A stretch of 64,000 nucleotides of DNA from a virus. The stretch spans positions 8,241-72,240 of IMG/VR virus record IMGVR_UViG_3300028829_005735; one strand, written 5' to 3'. Position numbers and translations under genes: made by a program. Below, in pieces: positions 59,060 to 64,000 of this stretch. The first letter of the stretch is position 1. The number at the start of each line of letters is the position of its first letter. The notes beneath the pieces are model-generated. The model saw only the letters and a list, made by a program, of their open reading frames with translations. It did not search any database and had not been told where the DNA came from.

Positions 59060-59740
59060 TTAAGTAAATAAAGGTTGATTGCCGTTAGCAAGTAAAGCAT
59101 CCATAACAACCCATCTGGTACCTCCATCAAAAATAAATGTTAGTACATCACGATAGTTTGTATTTTGTGGAGTTACATATCCTCCAGGAGTAGTTGTGTT
59201 AAACGATGGATTTTGATTTGTCATTTCAATAGTATCAACACCCGTAGCCTTAACTCTCCAACCACCAGTTCCTGCACTTGTTCCCACAACACGAACTACA
59301 TCTCCAATACTCCCACCTGTTGGTAATTCTATGGTAAGTATTCCTCCTGTATTTTTTAAGAAGATTCCTTCATTCATTGTAGCTAATATGGTGGCAGCTC
59401 CAACATTATAATTAATTACATAATTTAAACGACCTTGACCGTTAGCTCCATTAGTTCCATCAGCTCCATCAGATCCATCGTTACCCGGAATACCTTGAGG
59501 CCCCTGAATACCTTGAGGTCCAGTTGGCCCTGCTGCACCACCAATACTTGAACCTGGAGGTCCTTGCGGTCCAGTTGCTCCTTGAGCTCCTTGGATACCT
59601 TGATTTCCTTGAGGTCCTTGTGGGCCTTGAGGTCCGGGATTTCCTTGTAATCCAGATGCACCAGTGTCACCTTTCTCACCAGCAGGTCCCATTGGCCCTC
59701 TGTCACCATCCTTACATCCACATTCTTTACAAGCTCCCAT
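59060..59740 (-). CDS. collagen-like virion protein
   Basis: MGACKECGCK; 18 GXY + IG + 12 GXY; C-terminal tail-fibre-like domain (TIELPTGGSIGDVVRVV...RWVV). Confidence 0.75.
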   Translation of the reverse strand: MGACKECGCKDGDRGPMGPAGEKGDTGASGLQGNPGPQGPQGPQGNQGIQGAQGATGPQGPPGSSIGGAAGPTGPQGIQGPQGIPGNDGSDGADGTNGANGQGRLNYVINYNVGAATILATMNEGIFLKNTGGILTIELPTGGSIGDVVRVVGTSAGTGGWRVKATGVDTIEMTNQNPSFNTTTPGGYVTPQNTNYRDVLTFIFDGGTRWVVMDALLANGNQPLFT

Positions 59741-59741
59741 C

Positions 59742-60572
59742 TTATTGTCGTTTATTCAAATACATATTACATTTCTTTACCAACACTTGGTCTGCTCCTA
59801 GAGCAATGTTGTCGGCAAATAAATTAAATGTCATAGGCATATCTAAATCAAAAGTAGTTGTAAATGTTTCAATCGTTTTAATTGCAATAGTATTAAGTGC
59901 ATTTTTACAAACATCTTGTATACTCCACAATTGATTTACTTTATCAACACGAGTTACAACAACCTTTATGAATCGAATATCGTTCTCTGAATTTTGATAA
60001 GCATACGTATATCTATTTAGAGGATCTAATTCAAATATTAAATTTACCAAATCGTTCTGTAGGTACTCAGCATCTATATGGAATTCAATTTCATCTCCTT
60101 CATTAACTAAAGTATTACCTGCAACATTTTGAGTAAATAGAAGTGTCTCATCTCCTGTAGCATCTGAGTTTCCGATACCCGTAAGACTGATATACGAACC
60201 TAGTATGTATCTACCGTTTTCACCTGCAAATCCTTGAGGACCTTGTAATCCTATAGCTCCAGTTCTTCCCGGAGGTCCTGCGGGTCCCGGATTACCTTTA
60301 TCACCATCTAATCCGTTCCTTCCATCAATTCCTTTTGGTCCAGGCAATCCATCAATTCCCGGCACACCTGCTGGTCCTTGATCACCTTTGTCACCCTTAT
60401 CACCTTTAAGTCCATCTATACCACGATTACCTTTCTCCCCTTGAACACCTTGTAAACCAGTTTGCCCTTGAGCTCCCGTAGCACCCGTTGGTCCTTGAGG
60501 TCCAGTATTTCCTGCAGGCCCCTGTAACCCCATTGGTCCTCTTGGACCTATTTTTTCATTACAGTCTGCCAT
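59742..60572 (-). CDS. collagen-like virion protein
   Basis: MADCN; 38 uninterrupted GXY triplets; C-terminal beta domain paralogous to that of 60575..61696. Confidence 0.75.
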   Translation of the reverse strand: MADCNEKIGPRGPMGLQGPAGNTGPQGPTGATGAQGQTGLQGVQGEKGNRGIDGLKGDKGDKGDQGPAGVPGIDGLPGPKGIDGRNGLDGDKGNPGPAGPPGRTGAIGLQGPQGFAGENGRYILGSYISLTGIGNSDATGDETLLFTQNVAGNTLVNEGDEIEFHIDAEYLQNDLVNLIFELDPLNRYTYAYQNSENDIRFIKVVVTRVDKVNQLWSIQDVCKNALNTIAIKTIETFTTTFDLDMPMTFNLFADNIALGADQVLVKKCNMYLNKRQ

Positions 60573-60574
60573 GA

Positions 60575-61696
60575 TTATACTTTATTTAGTTTCAATACTG
60601 CTTTATGTAATACTAAAGCATTAGCACCTGCAGCGCCATTGTTAATTAACTTAACTGTCCAGTTCTCTGTTGTAGATAAATCCTTTGTTGTATAGATTAC
60701 ATCAAGCTCATTTACATTCCTTTGATTAAACTCATCTTCTATAAGGGAAGATATAGTCCACATTTGATTGTTCTGATCGATACGTGAAACAATTATCTTG
60801 AAGAATCGTTTATCGGATGAAGCACTTTGGATTGTTTTAGTCCATGTTGCACCTGTTCCGATTCCAATTTCTAAATCAACAGGGTCGTTCTCTTGATACT
60901 CAGTATACAAATCCATCTCATACTCATCACCATCATTCTCCAAAGTGTTACCCGGAATAGAAACAGTAATTGCATTTAAGGTGGATACTCCTCCAAGGTT
61001 ACCTGCTCCAACAGCATCGTTATAGGCAGAAAGAATATTTCCTGGTATATTATTGATACTGTTATCAATAAGCAATTGAATAGCTGTAGTAATAGCACCA
61101 TACGAAAGCTTTCTGACATCAGTATTACCTGGGAAGACTTCTCTACAGATTAAGAAGTCATCTGTATCTTCTGGAGTAGGCACCGTTGGCTTGCCACATA
61201 AATCCAATGGTGGACAAACTGGAGGGGTTGAAAATGCAACTGTATCTATCGTTATACCTCCTGCTAAGAATGTAATTGTATATGTTCTTGTAACACATCC
61301 ATCGATACCTATGGCATCTACACTCGTAACTGTAGTTTCAGTAAGAGCTTTTGAACAGAAGTATTCTACAACTAAAGGAAACGCATCTGCAAAAGATGTC
61401 CCTGAAGGAATCACTGTATCAGTTCCACAAGAAACGGCATCTTCTACACCCTCCGTAGAACAGAAGTAAGCACTAACGTTTGCCATTATTTGGGCAATAC
61501 TATCTCCTGCAGTTCCGAGAATTACATCGTTACATACAATATCGTCTGCTGTCCATAGAATACAATTTGCATTAAATGTTTCTGAACATTCTTCTACATC
61601 ACACTGTACGGGATTACATATTTGATTGATGCCTAATGCCTCTTGTTGGCACCCACATCCTTCTTCTGTTTTTCCACAATCGTTACAATCTGCCAT
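60575..61696 (-). CDS. Cys-rich virion protein
   Basis: 373 aa, MADCNDCG...CGC; CILWTADDIVC motif; C-terminal domain shared with the adjacent collagen protein. Confidence 0.7.
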   Translation of the reverse strand: MADCNDCGKTEEGCGCQQEALGINQICNPVQCDVEECSETFNANCILWTADDIVCNDVILGTAGDSIAQIMANVSAYFCSTEGVEDAVSCGTDTVIPSGTSFADAFPLVVEYFCSKALTETTVTSVDAIGIDGCVTRTYTITFLAGGITIDTVAFSTPPVCPPLDLCGKPTVPTPEDTDDFLICREVFPGNTDVRKLSYGAITTAIQLLIDNSINNIPGNILSAYNDAVGAGNLGGVSTLNAITVSIPGNTLENDGDEYEMDLYTEYQENDPVDLEIGIGTGATWTKTIQSASSDKRFFKIIVSRIDQNNQMWTISSLIEDEFNQRNVNELDVIYTTKDLSTTENWTVKLINNGAAGANALVLHKAVLKLNKV

Positions 61697-61709
61697 AACT
61701 TCTTATTTT

Positions 61710-62207
61710 TTATGCTTCTAATACCTCAATCCTTTGTGTCAATTGGATTATAGCATTTTGTTGATTTTGAATTATTGTTTCTTGCTCACACACTTTAACA
61801 CCGATAGCTGCAACATACTGCAGTAATGTTTGTGTAAGTCCTCCACTTTGGAAGCACGAGGCAACTGTCATTTCAGTTTCTACTCCTCCCGGTTGAGCTC
61901 CTTCGGCTGCTCCCGTAAGGTAAGCTTCCTGAACTTGGCATACTACCTCGAGCATAAATTGCATAAGCTCTCTAAACGTATGAGGAATATCGCAAGCATC
62001 TAAATTAAAACATGTAAGGTCATAAGTATCAACATCCAGCTGATCCTTTATTGTGCATAGTAAACATCCTAACTGATGAATAACTTCATCAATGCTATCT
62101 CCTTTGCATAATGTAAGGCAGTCAATATCCTTACCTTGCCATATAATGCAAGTTGAAGATTTAGGCTCGCAGCCTATATTTGAACTTAAGTTTGTCGGTT
62201 TACTCAT
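61710..62207 (-). CDS. Cys-rich virion protein with C-terminal coiled coil
   Basis: CEPKSSTCIIWQGKDIDCLTLCKGDSI...; C-terminus IIQNQQNAIIQLTQRIEVLEA. Confidence 0.7.
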   Translation of the reverse strand: MSKPTNLSSNIGCEPKSSTCIIWQGKDIDCLTLCKGDSIDEVIHQLGCLLCTIKDQLDVDTYDLTCFNLDACDIPHTFRELMQFMLEVVCQVQEAYLTGAAEGAQPGGVETEMTVASCFQSGGLTQTLLQYVAAIGVKVCEQETIIQNQQNAIIQLTQRIEVLEA

Positions 62208-62219
62208 AACATAACGTGT

Positions 62220-62234
62220 TTAATATAAGATAGT
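62220..62234 (-). promoter_or_regulatory. candidate phage late-promoter motif
   Basis: ACTATCTTATATTAA 12 nt upstream of ATG 62207; matches the motif at 56926-56940. Confidence 0.4.
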
Positions 62235-62248
62235 GTTTTTTTTCATCA

Positions 62249-64000
62249 TTAGCAATCTCCAGTTTCTACATAACTAAAATTATTACATGCTGGACAAGTA
62301 AGAGTTTGACCTTGGATACCACAAATAATAAAGACTATATCTGCTTTAGTTGCAGGGAATTCTTGTGTAGCATCGTTACCATCACAGTCTATATAATCAA
62401 AGTGTCCTCCACTTCCTGAGTTTAATGTAACTGCATATTGTCTACATGGTGGTAGACCTGTACAACTATCCGATTCATCAACCGTGAATACATCACTTGG
62501 AGCAAAAGGTTCTTCTCTCTCAATAGTTTGTCCCTCTAGTCCACAGAAATTATATTGGGCAATATTCTTAAATCCTCCAGGTTTAGTTATAACTTGTTCT
62601 ACACCATCGCAATCTAAGTATCTGAATGTTTGGTCCCCACTTGTAAAGTTTGACATCTCAACATGATATCCAACGCATGCACGAGGATCAACCCATGGTG
62701 GAGTACATTCTTCTACTCTTTCAAGTATGTATGTATCTGTACTTGTATCAGGATGTGTTACAACTGTAGTTGGTGGAGTGCTATCTAAAGCACAGAACCC
62801 AACGGTTCTTACTAAAGAGGCATCACTTCCAACCGGTGTAATAATAGTTTGTTCCTCCTCGAAGCAATCAACGTATGTTGTTATTGCAGAATCTGCAGGA
62901 TCGATATCTATTTGGTAGGCATAGCACTCTGGATTACATGGGTCAGGTGTCGGGTTCTCAGACTCCATCAATTTCATCTTGATTTTTTCATGCCTTATGA
63001 TGACATTCTCTTCATCAGGTAAACAGCAGTAATCAATCTTAAATCGTTTTGACATCATTTGTTGATACATCATCTCACCAAATGTACATAGTGCATTTTC
63101 AACAATAGCTGGATCACATAGTCCCGTATTGTAACCGGGATCAACCGGTCTTGGACATGGTAATTGTATTGGTGGTTCAGGTGGTAAACAAGTATCACAA
63201 TCTTCAAAACATCTATATACTGCCACCTCTACGGTATCAGGACAGCTAACATCTGTAGCCGTTACCAACCAACATTGATTTTCTATTTCATGATTTGTAT
63301 CATCGGCAAGAGTTACTACTTGACCATCTTGACCACTTAAATCAGATTGTGTAAATATTGACGGAAGTATTCCTGCACAATCAGAAAGCTCAAAACATGG
63401 TGTAAACGGTGGTTGCTCAACACTTGTCCATATAGCTTCGTATGAAGCTCCAGGAGTAGCATTAGTATGACTAAGTGTTCCTGTAGCTGCACCATCTGTT
63501 GTATGGTCTATAAAAGCAAGCCCTTGGTCATGATAACCATAGTATCCTTGTTGAGGAGTATAGAAGTGACATCCTAATAGTTGAATCGGTAAGTTAGCCG
63601 GTGGAACAATTCCAAAGCCTCCCCCACCTACTTCGTAAGCTCGTTCGACATAATAACTTAAACCACTATCGTTTGAGGCCGTTACCTGTCCTACAGATCC
63701 TCCTGTATGTCTGAAGTATTGAGGATTAGCATCGTATGACGGAAACCACGTAAGGTGTAATCCCGATCGATGCATATCGATTTGAATATCATTTATTGTT
63801 ACCCCTGCATCCGTAGATAAGAAATGGGCATATCCTGCAGCTGCTACAATCTTTTGTTCGTCTGGTGATATCCAGATACCATTTGAAGCACCTGCCCATA
63901 CGTATGGAGTTCCCGAACCCGGATTAATAGTAGTTGACATTAATGAAATTCCTCCATTTAATAATGTCCAATTTGCACCACCGTCAGTTGTTTTCCAAGC
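62249..64000 (-). CDS. BNR/Asp-box beta-propeller + Cys-rich repeat virion protein (5' end beyond window)
   Basis: frame is open to the window edge (AWKTTDGGANWTLLNGGISL precedes the track Met); Asp-box-like TTDGGANW, STDAGVT, SNDSGLSY, TTDGAATG; three C-terminal CxxY...YxDC...[FI]C repeats. Confidence 0.7.
   Translation of the reverse strand, partial: AWKTTDGGANWTLLNGGISLMSTTINPGSGTPYVWAGASNGIWISPDEQKIVAAAGYAHFLSTDAGVTINDIQIDMHRSGLHLTWFPSYDANPQYFRHTGGSVGQVTASNDSGLSYYVERAYEVGGGGFGIVPPANLPIQLLGCHFYTPQQGYYGYHDQGLAFIDHTTDGAATGTLSHTNATPGASYEAIWTSVEQPPFTPCFELSDCAGILPSIFTQSDLSGQDGQVVTLADDTNHEIENQCWLVTATDVSCPDTVEVAVYRCFEDCDTCLPPEPPIQLPCPRPVDPGYNTGLCDPAIVENALCTFGEMMYQQMMSKRFKIDYCCLPDEENVIIRHEKIKMKLMESENPTPDPCNPECYAYQIDIDPADSAITTYVDCFEEEQTIITPVGSDASLVRTVGFCALDSTPPTTVVTHPDTSTDTYILERVEECTPPWVDPRACVGYHVEMSNFTSGDQTFRYLDCDGVEQVITKPGGFKNIAQYNFCGLEGQTIEREEPFAPSDVFTVDESDSCTGLPPCRQYAVTLNSGSGGHFDYIDCDGNDATQEFPATKADIVFIICGIQGQTLTCPACNNFSYVETGDC

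Noticed and set aside
57620-60550. GGACCTCAA/GGTCCTCAAGG-type nucleotide repeats
   Set aside because: Simply the codons for Gly-Pro-Gln collagen triplets, not an independent DNA repeat element
21057-62918. Numerous 60-200 aa ORFs antisense or out-of-frame within the giant - strand genes (e.g. 23746..24357, 40296..40841, 59524..59934)
   Set aside because: Shadow ORFs from codon bias of the real genes; Ser/Phe/Ile-rich with no motifs or start context
1-64000. Stop-codon reassignment (TAG or TGA), known in some crAss-like phages
   Set aside because: Multi-kb ORFs are intact under the standard code; TAG and TGA occur as real stops at tight gene junctions; no suppressor tRNA seen
1-64000. CRISPR array, tRNA genes, reverse transcriptase/DGR, integrase
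   Set aside because: No regularly spaced repeats, no tRNA cloverleaf/T-loop signature and no RT or recombinase motifs noticed by eye; a tRNAscan run would be needed to exclude tRNAs fully

Overview
The window is a 64-kb piece of an AT-rich crAss-like (Crassvirales-type) phage genome, probably infecting a Bacteroidota/Flavobacteria host. It shows a TAnnTTTG host-type promoter, A-rich start contexts without Shine-Dalgarno sequences, and the standard genetic code. Positions 1-19.1 kb (+ strand) hold the replication/early module: primase, HExxH-VWA protein with a MoxR-type AAA ATPase, PD-(D/E)xK nuclease, family B DNA polymerase, DUF932-like protein, a frameshifted WGR-DNA ligase, a PAPS-reductase-like PP-loop protein, a spore-photoproduct-lyase-like radical SAM enzyme, an HNH endonuclease and many small ORFs. 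This module converges at a bidirectional terminator (~19.1 kb) with the - strand late module. The late module encodes giant ejected/cargo proteins including a 3500-aa virion RNA polymerase (GSDFDVDK), the tail stabilization protein, ring proteins, an IHF-like protein, five tandem collagen-like proteins and further Cys-rich virion proteins. The most striking observation concerns four consecutive giant cargo proteins (1573, 3500, 323 and 1918 aa; 7314 aa in total). By manual scan they contain only six cysteines, and each lies within four residues of a terminus that faces the neighbouring gene product. This suggests a head-to-tail disulfide-linked chain of ejected proteins. Family assignments come from motif recognition by eye, not database searches.
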